From contig OZ024743.1 of NCBI GenBank assembly GCA_964016885.1, positions 314,402,001 through 314,466,000 of the forward strand: a stretch of 64,000 bases of DNA, written 5' to 3'. How positions within the stretch are numbered: the stretch's first letter is position 1; every line of letters begins with the position of its first letter. Below the pieces are notes generated by a model that ran no database searches, was not told where the DNA came from, and saw only the letters and a program-made list of their open reading frames with translations. The stretch comes from Eledone cirrhosa (lineage: Eukaryota). Positions 25,063 through 37,439 of the stretch are shown one piece after another. Both the position numbers and the translations under genes were made by a program.

Positions 25063-25101
<39 letters not shown>
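22971..25101 (+). mobile_element. 5'-truncated RTE-clade LINE with uninterrupted RT ORF, 3' UTR and (GAT)n tail
   Basis: The frame is open from ~22974 to the TGA at 24779: GKATGPSGI, KGKGD..NYRGI, QFGFVPGKGTTDA, AFVDLEKAFDRV, GVHRGSVLSPLLF, LLYADD, RRLRWYGHVMR, GRPKMTW. The 3' UTR has a ~57-bp duplication and the tail is (GAT)n at 25063-25101. Confidence 0.96.
23154..24779 (+). CDS. RTE LINE reverse transcriptase (endonuclease domain missing) with a PHD-like Cys4-His-Cys3 insert
   Basis: 541-aa ORF. CSVC..CPKC..WVHKRC..CSSC lies between the KTKV and FCYLG motifs. Confidence 0.85.
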   Translation: MKIGKATGPSGIAAEMLKASGSVGHTITTRIVNQVILEGAIPKDWCSSIIVNCYKGKGDALDRGNYRGIMLMDQVMKVTERVIAQLIRDRVNIDEMQFGFVPGKGTTDALFLVRQLQEKYLAKSKPLYLAFVDLEKAFDRVPRAVIWWALRKLGVDEWLVKAVQAMYRGAVSKVRISNEYSEEFSVQVGVHRGSVLSPLLFIIVLQAITEEFKTGCPWELLYADDLALIAESMVELENKFQTWKQGLERKGLKVHMTKTKVLISRRENRTQIPSGKWPCSVCRKGVGRNSILCPKCKQWVHKRCSGISGSLIKNVGFTCSSCAETASKQPQETSTTNLWEGPVETVDSFCYLGDRISNGGGCSESTITRVRTGWKKFRELLPLLAAKGFSLRMKGRLYDACIRTAMLHGSETWALKVEDLRRLERNEACMLRWMCNSNIRERQSIKELRERLSIRGIKCCVQERRLRWYGHVMRMKDDSCIKRCRALEVDGNRGVGRPKMTWDEVIKADLTQLHLSKSMTHDRDFWRHAVIQGTRPPMGTC

Positions 25102-25119
25102 CATTCAAAAGAAAAAATT

Positions 25120-25312
25120 GGTTGGCAGTATTGATAGAGGGTCGGACGCCATGCTTTGACGCATAGAGTTACAGCCCTTGCCATTCTGAGTTCAAATCCA
25201 ACCGAGGTTGACTTTGCCTTTCATACTTACGGGGTCGATAATATAAAGTACCAGTAATGCACTGGGCAATTGCTGGCCTTGTGCCAAATGCCAAAAGTAG
25301 AAGCAATTATTA
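25120..25312 (+). mobile_element. tRNA-derived SINE (Deu/Nin-domain-like core)
   Basis: ctgagttcaaatcc B-box, then gactttgcctttcat..cggggtcgataa..aaagtaccag, then gctggccttgtgcc tail. Other copies at ~21150-21275(+), 32835-32970(+), 37843-38015(+), 39925-40065(+), 54768-54875(-) and 16755-16865(-). Confidence 0.8.
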
Positions 25313-25482
25313 GATGAGAGTATCTCTTATATAAAAAAAAAAACATGAAGTCAGTAGTAGAAATAAGACAAAATACATTTTTACACCGAGCATCACATTT
25401 ATAAGATACAGGTTCAACATAACGAAAGGTAAGCTGAATGAATGAAAAGGTTAAAATGATACAGTATGAGACTACTGCACCA

Positions 25483-25610
25483 TTTTTTAACATTTAACAA
25501 AAATTGATGATAGCGAAGCTTGCTTTCTCCGCTAATAAGAAATGTTTTGAAGATCCAGAAAGAAGAAAGCAAACTTCGCTAACATCAATTTTTGGTAAAT
25601 GTTAAAAAAA
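25483..25610. repeat. Inverted repeat (~46-bp arms)
   Basis: ttttttaacatttaacaaaaattgatgatagcgaagcttgctttct vs agaaagcaaacttcgctaacatcaatttttggtaaatgttaaaaaa. Confidence 0.8.
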
Positions 25611-26085
25611 TCCTTTTTATACATTTACCAGGCACGCTTTTCGGATCCCCTTTTTATTATCATTTTCCTGCTTGCTTTTCCCACAATATATTGTTAGGGT
25701 CTATTCTTATTTGAATTTCGGAAACTTTATTCCTTTTCGTTTCTCCTGAAGAAATGGACTTATATGTATTATATATTGTGTTAATAATTGTTAATGGACT
25801 ACATCCGATTGTTTTCATATGCGTGTGTTATTGTCACTTGTATTGTATTAAAACGGTCGTATAAATTAAAGAATGGATTTAAGTCGTTAACCATGGTTCT
25901 TCTTCATTTACAATATTAAGGTTCTGCTACCTGTACTCTACACAACAACAAGAACTTTAACTTTTGGATAATATTTCGTCTATTTTAAATTCCTTAAGAG
26001 CTGAGTATTTTAGTGTGCATTGAGCTTCTCTCACTTTACCAGGGATACTCCATTATAATCACACACACACACATACACGCACACG

Positions 26086-26203
<118 letters not shown>

Positions 26204-26289
26204 GTTTCCTATTACCCACTCTACTACCCTAAGTATCGAGTACTCTGGTGTGTTATAGTCCACCTGGCTCCATACCACACTTTCTTTGT

Positions 26290-26341
<52 letters not shown>

Positions 26342-26776
26342 AGTGTGTGTATGAGTGCATTTGTGTGTATGTGTGTGTGTGTATGTGTATGTGTGTAGTG
26401 CAGTGAATTTCTTCAACAATTTATATCCACATTTGTCAGAACACTCAGTCCGAAGGTATAGTTGTTATATACAAAATCAGGTCTCATTCACACAAATTTA
26501 CATCTGAATACGTGCGTTTTGCTGGGTATTGTTATTTGCGTAGTTAAAGAGTTTGACGTCTTTGTTATGGTAGATGTTAGGAGTAATCGACATGCACATG
26601 CATTCCCACATATAACCATGTGTGTTAGACAATTCGTATATTGGAATGTGGGGTGCGCTGAAACAAGGATAAAATAATAGATGAATTTCAGATTCGGAAT
26701 GACTTTCTTCATGGATTTGCGCAATTGGACATTTCGGGCCCACATAGGACTAATCATCTACATAAACCACCGCCAT

Positions 26777-26847
<71 letters not shown>

Positions 26848-26867
26848 ATAATAATAATAATAATAAT

Positions 26868-27567
26868 AAAAACGAAGTGGTTGAAACACCATATTTACAA
26901 GGAGGAGGCTAGCCCACTGTGCAGGATCTGTGGAGAGAGAGAGAGGAGACTGTGGCTCACATTGTATCCGAGTGTAAACACCTAGCCCAGACTCACTATA
27001 AGGGCTGGAGACATGATGTGATGGGCATGGTGATCCACTGGCACCTATGCAAAGTAAACAATTTACCACATTCTTAGAAGTGGTATGAGCATAAGCCAGA
27101 GTCGGTGATAGAAAACGACCAGGTGAAGGTGCTGTGAGATGTTAGGATACAGACGGACAAGAAACTGGAACACAATAGACCTGACCTGGTGGTTGTGGAC
27201 AAAGAAAAAAGATCGTGCCTGATTGTGGATGTGGCCTGCCCATTCGACACGAGAGTGCAAGAGAAGGAGAGGGAGAAAATTAACCGATACCAGGACTTAA
27301 AGTGGGAGATAAAAAGGATTTGGAACTGCCATGAAGTCAAAGTGGTCCCGATTGTCATAGGCGCTCTAGGTACTATCTCAAAAAGTTTCCAGGGATGGTT
27401 AAAGAAAATTGGCCCCTTCACGCTTTTTGGAACGCTTCAAAAAGCATGCTTGCTGGGAACAGCAAGCACCCTCCGATACGTCCTGAATATCTGAGGCTGC
27501 AGGTAGTGGCTTGATATTTATTTCAACAAACTTTCCAGTTAACTAACATCAATGACTGAGACTCAAA

Positions 27568-27622
<55 letters not shown>
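26868..27622 (+). mobile_element. 5'-truncated R4/Dong-like LINE (CCHC knuckle + restriction-like endonuclease) inserted in (TAA)n
   Basis: CRICGE.EETVAHIVSEC, RHD, RPDLVVVDK..CLIVDVACP, EKINRY.DL, VPIVIGALG, LQKACLLGT. One frameshift and two stops. (ATA)n on the 5' side and a (TAA)n tail. Confidence 0.92.
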
Positions 27623-27623
<1 letters not shown>

Positions 27624-28144
27624 TTGGTGGTGGTAGTAGTAGTAGCAGAAATGTTAACACCACTATCTCCACCACCACCACCACAACTACTACTACTACT
27701 ACTACTACTACTGCCACCAATTATGATGTGCTAATATTGTGTAAATGTGTCTATAACAACGCAAATGTTTTGTTATGCAGACAAATTAAATAACATTTCT
27801 AGATATATAGATTAGTGCGATAGAATCTCACATTTACTTTTCCACGTCTATTTAAGTAATCAAATATAATTTGAACATTTAATGTTGATTTATTTATATG
27901 TATTCGATGGAATCTTGGTACATTGTCAAATATATATGCTATTCCATGTTAATGAAATGGCTGTGATTCAAGCTAACAGAAACACAAACCAATAAATATA
28001 TACGTGTTTGTGTCTTCTGGTTAAATAAACCAGAAGAGCTGTCTCTTTCTTTTATTGGGCGTAATGGAATAAAACGTTCTCTGTTATATATATAAATATC
28101 ACAAGATATTTTCTCCGACGCTCTTTCGAGTCTCCCAATCAAAT

Positions 28145-28925
28145 AATAGTAATAATTGCTTCTACTTTTGGCACAAGGCCAACAATTATCCCACTGCATT
28201 ACTGGTACTTTATTATATCGACACCGTCAGGATGAAAGGCAAAGTTAACCTTGGCGGGATTTGAACGCAGATCATAAATGCCGGAACTCTATGCGTCAAA
28301 GCATGGCGTTCGACCCTCTACCGATACTGCCAATCCGCCGCCTAAATAATAGTGATAGTGGTTTCTGATTTAGGCACAAGATGAGAAATTGTGGAGGAGG
28401 GGAAAGTCGATTAAATCACCACCAGTGCATTACTGGTTCTTTATTTTATCGACCCTCAGCGGTATTTCAACTAAGAACATAAAGCATATTTTCCGACATT
28501 CAAACTTTACTGTCAATAATAATTGTTTCTCTTTTTGGCACAATGCCAGCAATTAATCCAGTGCATTACTGGTACATTATTTTATCGATCCCGTAAAGAT
28601 GAAAGGCAAAGTTAATCTTGGCGGGATTTGAACTCAGATCATAAAGGGCCGTAAATCTATGCTGCAAAGCATGACGTACGCTCCTTTACCAATACTGACC
28701 ACCCACGCCCTAATAATAATGGATTCTTATATAGGTACAAGGCCATCGATTTTGGGGGAAGGGAAAGTCGATTAAGTCTACCCCAGTGCGTGACTGGTAC
28801 TTTATTTTATTGATCCCGTAAGGATGAAAGGCAAAGTTAACCTCGGCGCAATTTGAACTCAGAACCTAAAGACGTAAAGAGTCATAACTCTATGCTACAA
28901 AGCATCATGCCAATAATAATAATAA
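28145..28925 (-). mobile_element. Head-to-tail array of four SINE copies (same family as 25120-25312)
   Basis: The ggcacaag/ggtacaag tail motif recurs at ~28170, 28372, 28536 and 28734. Each is followed by ctgg(t)acttt..tatcga, and most by ggatgaaaggcaaagttaacc..ggcgggatttgaac. Period ~165-200 bp. Confidence 0.85.
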
Positions 28926-29278
28926 CGATAATAATAACAATCATATGTATGAAAGCTACTTCTATGTATGACAAAATCGTGTACTCTTACGCAACTTACA
29001 TTTAGGTTGACTCATATGACGAATTTTGACAGAATGTTTCATGATATCAATGTAAATGAATCTTCATAGTATTAAGTTGATGACCTATTCAGAGTGTTTA
29101 GTGTACTGTTTAGTCACTAAAGGAAGGACAGTGAATATGACAGATTATGTGCATTATGATGTGATAAAGGGAGAAAAGTATCTCGTCTCCAACCAGATAT
29201 CTTTTCAAATATTTGCAATAGAGTGAAAGTCACAAACTGCGAGTTATGTTTGTCACGTTGCATAGTTTTCGCCCAAGT

Positions 29279-29344
<66 letters not shown>

Positions 29345-29767
29345 AGAAGTAAGTACAGCATAATCGAAGCTGTGGTTGCAGCCAAGCTAACTAATGCAGT
29401 CGGGATGGGCAGCTAAAGCACTCAATAAGGAATGTTACCTTAGAGTTATAACATTACGTTTAGACACCTTTGCAAATTGAAGAGAGCGATCGATAAGCGA
29501 GCCGCTAGGAGCAGAACAACGGAAAAACCGACTCAGGATAATTTTGACATACCTGCAGCATCGTGGAGATATTATATAATATCTCCGCTAAGTTTCTGTA
29601 AATCCAAAATCAACAAAGTCCATTTGCAGGGACCTGGAAGCTATTGGTTTTGGAAGATAGAATAGTGGAATTTAATATAAATATGAGGTAAACAGAAATA
29701 ACAACACAATCGGTACAGTTTATGGAAGGAATATATTAGGTTAGCGTTTGAAATTGCAGGAAGAGGG

Positions 29768-29791
29768 TCTTAACGTTTCGGACCCTAGTCC
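29768..29791 (-). ncRNA. Hammerhead 3' half, truncated by (CA)n
   Basis: ggac-tagg-gtcc-GAAA-CG-TT-aaga on the minus strand. CTGANGA is missing. Confidence 0.5.
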
Positions 29792-29820
29792 ACACACACA
29801 CACACACACACAGATATCTA

Positions 29821-29903
<83 letters not shown>

Positions 29904-29913
29904 GTGTGTGTGT

Positions 29914-29944
<31 letters not shown>

Positions 29945-30136
29945 AGGATGTGTGTGTATGTGATTGTGTGAGTTTGTGTGTAAATATGTGTGTGTGTGTG
30001 TGTGTGTGTATGTGTGTGTGTGTGTGTAATAAGTTTCAGAAATCTGGCACAATGCAGTATAAATATTAACGGGCAAAGGATGACAAATAAAAGAAAACGA
30101 AGTTGTGTATAACTCAATATATTTTAATATAATATT

Positions 30137-31385
30137 TCAGTGGCCTAACCCGCTTTTCAAATATAATACCGCAGTTTCAAGCGTTACTGCTTTGGCATTT
30201 CGACGTGTGGTGATAAAAGTAGGGTAGGCGTCCTCGGTGAGAACTCTCGGGAATTCCAAGGTACTCTTAAGTTTGTCGGTAACTTCGCTGCATCTGTTGC
30301 GCGTCTGGGAGATTTCATTCTGTATATAGGCCATTTTGACTATAGAGAAAGTCAGCATTATATTGCACAAAAACACCTCTGCAAGCATAGCATTTATCTT
30401 GTAAAATTTTCTGTATATGATTCCCTCCTCTGCGATTCTTAGTGTAAACTTGAGTAGAGTGAGGGTTCCAGTGGTGTTTATGTGCTTAAGCACAAAATTC
30501 ACTTGTGTGTATACGTCGTAAATTTTGATGGCTTCTTCAAATATTGAAGATGTCTGGGGAGAAGCCAGGAAATCTAAACCGGAAACAATAAGTCTAATCT
30601 TTAAATTTGGCCGAGTTCTTTGTGTTCTAATAAGAGCAAACATGGCCTATATACATACTGGGAATATTCGAATGCAGCGAGCGTAAAACGAAATTAAAAG
30701 AAAAAAATAGCAATAGAAGAGGTGAAGAAAATAAGAGAATATAGGTGAAATAAAAAATAAAAGTGATGAGAGGATGCTAGGAAGGAAGAAAGAAAATATA
30801 CAAGCACAGTGTAATTTCAGAGAGTTCTCAACGAGAACGGCTACCTTAGTTCTTTCACCAAACATCGACATTCCAAACAACACTTAAATGAACAAAGAGG
30901 GCTTGTGCCCCTAGAGTTAGCATATGCTACATAAAGCTGACGAAATTCCTTGATAAGAACACTACTGCCATCCAACAGGCTACCCTGAATATACGCTAGC
31001 ACACTCGTGATCTTTATTGAGGAGATTATTCTACAGACACCGACTTACAAACAACGATTTTAGCACATTTCCTAAGTCTCCTATCAACAATGCAGAATTA
31101 TGAATGAGAGCATATGTGATCTACAAAGTCTCATGTAAACGATGTAGTTCCTCGTATATCAGAAATAATGTCCAGACATTGCAAATTTGGATCAAGAACA
31201 ACACGAGGACAAGAGCATTTTCTGTCAAAAAACTCCGACAGATTCTACAGTTGAGATATTGAGTTAACCTTAGAGGCGATGGAAGGAAATGTGGGAAATT
31301 TAAGAATCAATGAGGCTATTATCATCAACAAGAAAAAGCCATAAATAGATAATAGTTTTAAAATGGCCGAAGATGATTAGCTAAC
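30137..31385. mobile_element. Old PLE remnants of a non-Naiad (Penelope/Poseidon-like) type in both orientations
   Basis: Minus 30137-30643: N....LKFTL.IAEEG.IYRK...NEI...RNRCS...YP.FI (RT thumb region). Plus ~31115-31355: VIYKVSCKRCSSSYI and LRINEAIIINKKKP (GIY-YIG). Confidence 0.7.
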
Positions 31386-32291
31386 AAAAGTGCTCCATGC
31401 GTGAGCATTTTAGACAATTAGACCAAGTAGAGCAGAACACATCGATCGTTCGTTCTTTTTTGAAATGTCTTCATTTTTACATCGTAAAAGTGTGTTTTAG
31501 CTCACAATATTGTGATGAAATATACTGGTCAAACATATTCCTACGTTTTGTTTTATTTGTTATAGTTCACCCTTTATATATTTCTACCGCCATATATTAT
31601 GAACCCATATTACTTACACACACATATCCTCGTAAATTCGTACGGACGTATAGAAACACACACGCACACATAAACTTGCACAAACGTATGCGTTTGCGCA
31701 ACAATACAGCTCTATATACAAAACGCTTTTCTTTTTCCCTTTTAGATAGACAGGCTCCATCACCAGCTTTTGAAAGTAAGTATATCATAGTCAAAATGTC
31801 AGCCTCAATATATTTCCAAGTGATGGCAACAGGAATTGACCTGTTATTTTTCACTAAACTTTTCTTTTCCGTTTCCTCCCTGCCCGTCTATTCAATCTTC
31901 CTATTTCTTCTTTAATTTCTCATTCTATCTTTTGTTAAAGGACTAGCGTTGGAAGCGATAACACCCTTTTCCTACTATATCGAAAGTAAAGTTAATAATA
32001 TATTTTTTTCATTGTATTGTGTCGTTTTCATTATATTGTGTTATTTCTGTTTGCCTTTTGCATACCCCACCCCTCACATATATATATATATATATATGTA
32101 TAAGCCATTGTTACTATATATGACTCAATATCTTTTCTTTAATTATAGTCTAGTGCTCCATATTGCTCCCTTCATGCTACTACATTAAGCATTACCACCA
32201 GCCAAGCAAGTTGGCCACAGCTACAGTCATTTGATGACCGAGTCTGCAGTCAATACTACATATGGGAAAATGTAGCATCGATCTAAACACT

Positions 32292-32352
<61 letters not shown>

Positions 32353-32449
32353 TCTGTGTTTGTGTATGTGTGCATATGTATATATATGCATATATCTATG
32401 TATATATGCATAAGCCTATATGTGTATATATTTGTGTATATATATATAT

Positions 32450-32707
32450 AAATATATATATATACAAAAACGAAAGTATGTGTCTGTCTCTGTGCATGCG
32501 ATGCATTTTCATAGTTTCCATCCGATTTTCTTCAAATTTGATATATAGATTACTTAGCTCCCCGTGCATGTCAACATACAGGTGAAAACCTTCTCTCGCT
32601 TAAAAGACCAGAGCTCTAAGGCTATGTAAAGACGGCCGTGTTGTGAGAGAGGGGGCCATTATTTACATTGGCGAAGGTCTGCCTGCAACGCCGGGCTCTT
32701 TTGCTAG
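32450..32707 (+). mobile_element. Non-autonomous Helitron-like element
   Basis: 3' end gcctgcaacgccgggctcttttgCTAG|t (subterminal GC hairpin remnant plus CTAG). The 5' end tatacaaaaacgaaagtatgtgtctgtct...ccgattttcttcaaattt is typical of invertebrate non-autonomous Helitrons. Confidence 0.6.
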
Positions 32708-33019
32708 TATGTTATAAAGAAGAGCTAATACCTTATATGTAATATTTTAATGTAGCCACGTTTGGAGTGCTTACGTCTGTTTACATTACTATCGGTCGAT
32801 TATTTGATTTTTTACTTGGAATAATATATTGACAAAGCCGTAAGAACGTCGGTTATAGAATTCGTTCTACCTATCATCTGCTCTCTCATTTCATAACCCG
32901 CTGAGGTCAACATAGCCTTTCATGCTTCAGAGGTCGATAAGAAATGAATCAGTCCAGTACTGGGGTAGATTCTTCTTCTATGTCTCTTTCTCATTTCCTC
33001 TCTCTCACTTTCAATCTTT

Positions 33020-33595
33020 CCCAGGAAGAAATCTGCTGTACTCAGCCCTGGAGAATGTTGGGCTCCAACAAGCCTAACATTTCCAAGAAATGCCGTACGT
33101 AAATACGGAGCCTTACGTCTCTATCAGGTGTTACGTGACGATACATACATATATAGCCCCGAAAATAAACACATTAAAAGTTACAGCAATGTGGAAGACA
33201 TATATACATACATAATATGAAAGTGTATTGGTGGAATGTTCCAGTCAAAACCCCAATAAAATACAAACACAACAGATCAGATATAATGATATGGGAGAGG
33301 GAAAAGAATGCATGCAGGGTAGTGGAAGTTAGCTGCCCAGCAGATGCTAATATCATATTAAAGATCAGCGAAAAGGAGAATATCTATACAGAACTAATGA
33401 AAAATCTGCAAATGCTGCATGCTGACTATACCTTCAGATTTATACGTGTCCTTATTGGGGCACTCGGATACAAATCTTGAGAAGTTGGGCTTCACAGAAA
33501 CAGAAAGAACATGACTAGTTAGGAAATTACAATTACAATCCATTAAGGAAACAGTAAAAATATGTAAAACATTCCAAAACATTCTGCATCTAGTA
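33020..33595 (+). mobile_element. Decayed RLE-type LINE 3' fragment
   Basis: YWWNVPVKT..KHNRSDIMIWEREKNACRVVEVSCP..EKENIY.EL..VLIGALG; downstream SIKETVKICKTF. Confidence 0.8.
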
Positions 33596-34128
33596 ACTGC
33601 ATATATAGATGTACAGATACAATGCATATTCACATTCACACATATAACTCAAAAGATAGACATCCGCACATACATGGGATCGGTGGACATCTATGTAATG
33701 TGATCTGGGTGCCATTTCTGTGACTCATTTTGACAATTTCGGTACTGGAAATATTTGTGTAGGGCAATTAGTGAAAATCCTCCTGCATTAATACAAATAT
33801 ATTTTGTAGAATAAATTGAATGTTACTTTGAAAAACTGAGAGGCATCGTCTTTAGATAATACACTCTGGCAGTGAATGTAACTTCTTGGTAAGAAAAACT
33901 TATCCGTTGGACAAAATATTTGAAACGTAGGTACCAATTTGAAAATGAAAATATTGTTACTGGTGTACCATAATTGAAAAAAATATCATTAATGGGGCTT
34001 CAGCACGGTCGCAATCTAATAACTAAGACCAATCTGAAAATAAACTTCGACAAATGACGAAATAGAAATAAATTAATATACAATTGAGAGCGCGCGCCTA
34101 CACACACAGACACACACACGCGCGCACA

Positions 34129-34179
<51 letters not shown>

Positions 34180-35230
34180 TTTATAGTCGGTGCTGTTCTT
34201 TGCAGTTGGTATTGTAAATGTGTTGTGTGTATATAGAAATAGTCACTCGATTGAAGTTAAATATCTAATTTGATGATAAACAAGCTTCGAGAGATTCTGT
34301 CCGTTTTGCAGGAATATAATGCATTGATCTAGGCACTTTTCCAACGGTTCAAAGTGTTGTTCTCTTGATCAAAATCAATTATTTAAAAGATATCCATAAA
34401 GAATATATATATATATATAGTGAGGAATCTTATTAAGTCAATAAATAATTGATACGCCGTTGTAAATAAACACTTCGCATAAGACCCATCCGTAAATATG
34501 TTAAGTTTATATAGGGCCGTGTATGTATTTCCATGCCAAGATATTTTGGCAAGCTCTAGGCTTCCGTTATTGGTATATTTGGTAATATGTCTAGCACTCA
34601 ATAATAACACTTCTTTCGCCATGATTAACTAAGTTGTCACCGTGCTCCTTATTAGTTTCATGTATCTTTACATTTCTGTTTATTTAATGATGTTCGCGAA
34701 ACGTGTTCCAGTCTATTATTGGACGAAAATATATGTTTCTTTCTCTTTATAAATCACACTTGTAGAATATAGGTCGACCTTTATAATAATGATGCCATGG
34801 TGAGGGGGATAAGAAGACAAATTTGAAGTCCTTGCAGTTCCAATTTAGTGGACGCTTAAATACTGATGAAGTTGTAGAGGCATCATTCAGACGTACAATT
34901 TGAGATTTAAATCTATCAGAATCGATACCTCTCCAGAATCAATTGTTGGAAATCACATATAAAGAAATTCATAGATGCAGATATGACTTTGTGGTTAAGA
35001 AATACACTTTATATCCACGTAGTTTCGGGTTCAGTTTAAGTGTGTGGGACATTGTCCACCTGTCTCCTATTATATATCCGAGTCAACCAATGCCGTCAGA
35101 GGGAAATTTATTTGACGAAAACTGATTAGGTAGTCATACATACACGCAAACATACACATACACAGACACGCACGCACGCACACACACACACACACGCACA
35201 GACATGGATACATATGCATATATATATATA

Positions 35231-35306
<76 letters not shown>

Positions 35307-35324
35307 TATATATATATATACATA

Positions 35325-35361
<37 letters not shown>

Positions 35362-35364
<3 letters not shown>

Positions 35365-36150
35365 TTTGATTTTGAAATTTAAATGTGTCTAAACATCATA
35401 GCCTTTTGGCAATGCAGTTCGTCTTTATTGATTTATTATTTTAAATCGATATGGACAAACTGTAGTATAATAATTAGTATACTTCAATCTGGCTAAATTT
35501 TCTTTTGCAATATATATAGAGATGTGTTGGTATCTGTGTTTCATCACATACATATTAGTTTATACACGGCTCAGTCGGTATTTTCCTTTTTCGAGCTAAT
35601 TCCATTGTAAAAGAATTCATTACCTTATTAATATAACTGCTCCTAGTCTGAGCTGAAAGCCGCCTCATATATACGACTGTTATTTCTAGCAGTACGGTTA
35701 TGAGACTAGCTAGATACTGTTAAACCATGTGCGTCACGCAGTCTTTTAAATTATTTAGAAGTGAAGCATATCAATCTGTCCCTGGATGTTTACTGAGGAG
35801 AGCAGGACATGATATTCCTACACTTATTTATCTCGAAACATATTTGGATTTTAAAGTTTAAACTTATCTACGGAACAGGTTTGATTTTGAAATTTAAATG
35901 CGTCTAAACATCATAGCCTTTTGGCAATGCAGTTCGTCTTTATTGATTTACTATTTTAAATCGATACGGACAAACTGTAGTATAATAATTAGTATACTTC
36001 AATCTGGCTAAATTTTCTTTTGCAATATATATACAGATGTGTTGGTATCTGTGTTTCATCACATACATATTAGTTTATACACGGCTCAGTCGGTATTTTC
36101 CTCCTTCGAGCTAATTCCATTGTAAAAGAATTCATTACCTTATTAATATA
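35362..36150 (+). repeat. 1.5-copy tandem unit (period 515 bp) between (TA)n tracts, with a hammerhead-like core
   Basis: 35362-35635 and 35877-36150 are near-identical. The spacer contains CTGAGGA(35793)-gag...ctc-GAAA(35835)-CATATT. Confidence 0.85.
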
Positions 36151-36869
36151 TATACACATATATACATTTACAAAAAAGGAAAAGAATGACTTCACTTGTA
36201 GTGCTAAATAATTTAATTTAATATTATAATGTTAATAATATTATAATATATATATATATTTATTTATATATATATATACATGTCTGTGTGCGCGTGTGTG
36301 TGTGTGGTTGTCCATAGCTGTGTTTAACGATGTCATGTAACCTAGCGGTTCGAGAAAAAGAAATCGATAAAATATTTACGCGACTTAAATTAAAAGACTA
36401 AGTATTGGGTTCGTCGATATGATTGGCTAAATTTCTTGAAGTATCTGTATGCCTGTGTTTAATACATATATGTGTGTACTTATATACATATATGTGTGTC
36501 TCTAGAAGAAATTTCATAGGAAGTTTATATATTTTTTAGGGAAACTTTATATTTTTATTTTCTTATTTTATTAGCCTCTTCATTTTCTTCTAGTCTAATA
36601 GGTTTATTGGAGCCTGTAAGCTTTATGCACTCATTGAGGGATTTTCTAAGGTGCTTCTACGGGACCGCAAGTCTTTTAGTTTAATGTTAATGCGTAAATT
36701 ATATATTTTTGTCTAATTTTTAAACTTCAATCCCTGACCCCGACAACTAATATAAAAGAATATTGACCACAACTATACAAGCGGAGTTGCTGATGTATAC
36801 AACAATTTCAAACTGCTAGCCCTGAGTGATACGTTGATGTAAACAATGATCTTGCAATCACATGTTATA

Positions 36870-36916
36870 TGCCTTGATAAGTCCCACCATGGGGTCGGAC
36901 GAAACGGCTGTCGGCA
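36870..36916 (+). ncRNA. Degenerate hammerhead in a solo pseudo-LTR
   Basis: tgcc-TTGATAA-gtcc...ggac-GAAA-CGGCTG-TC-ggca, then AATAAA. All stems are intact; the core has two substitutions. Confidence 0.68.
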
Positions 36917-37402
36917 ATAAACTTGTTATAATGTCATAATAGTTCGTTTGTTCTTTTTCACTAATATTTCTGCTCTGCGTATACGCATAGAGCTTAACTA
37001 GCTACCGTCACATATTTGGTAAGTCAGACGTGATCATCGCGATTCACATACGACCTACCATACATCTTACTTATATATGTATATATATATAGTACAATTT
37101 AAAAAAATATGATCAACACTAATGTGTTTTTTTTGCAAAATGACAATAATATTTTAGCCAGATAGAAATACCTTAATTCAAGTACATATAGTCCGCCTGT
37201 ATCGATCTAGAAAATATTAAATATTAAATCTATACTTACAGACGTAAAATGGCAACTGCCATATATATATATATATGTGTGTGTGTGTGTCTGTGTCTAC
37301 ATCTAACTGCTTGAATCCGAAGTGCTTTTTTTCAAAATTTATTTTCCGTTGCTTCCTTTTTTCACTCTCTATTTTCCTATTTCCTCTTTTATTTCTCATT
37401 CT

Positions 37403-37439
37403 CTTTTCTGATGAAGGAATGGTGTCCGACACGTAAAGA
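37403..37439 (+). ncRNA. Degenerate minimal hammerhead
   Basis: ctttt-CTGATGA-a-gga-atggtg-tcc-GACA-CG-TA-aaga (GAAA changed to GACA). Confidence 0.5.

Noticed and set aside
22947-25108. Target-site duplication for the RTE (gacatcca / gacattca)
   Set aside because: Short, imperfect and offset from the apparent 5' truncation point.
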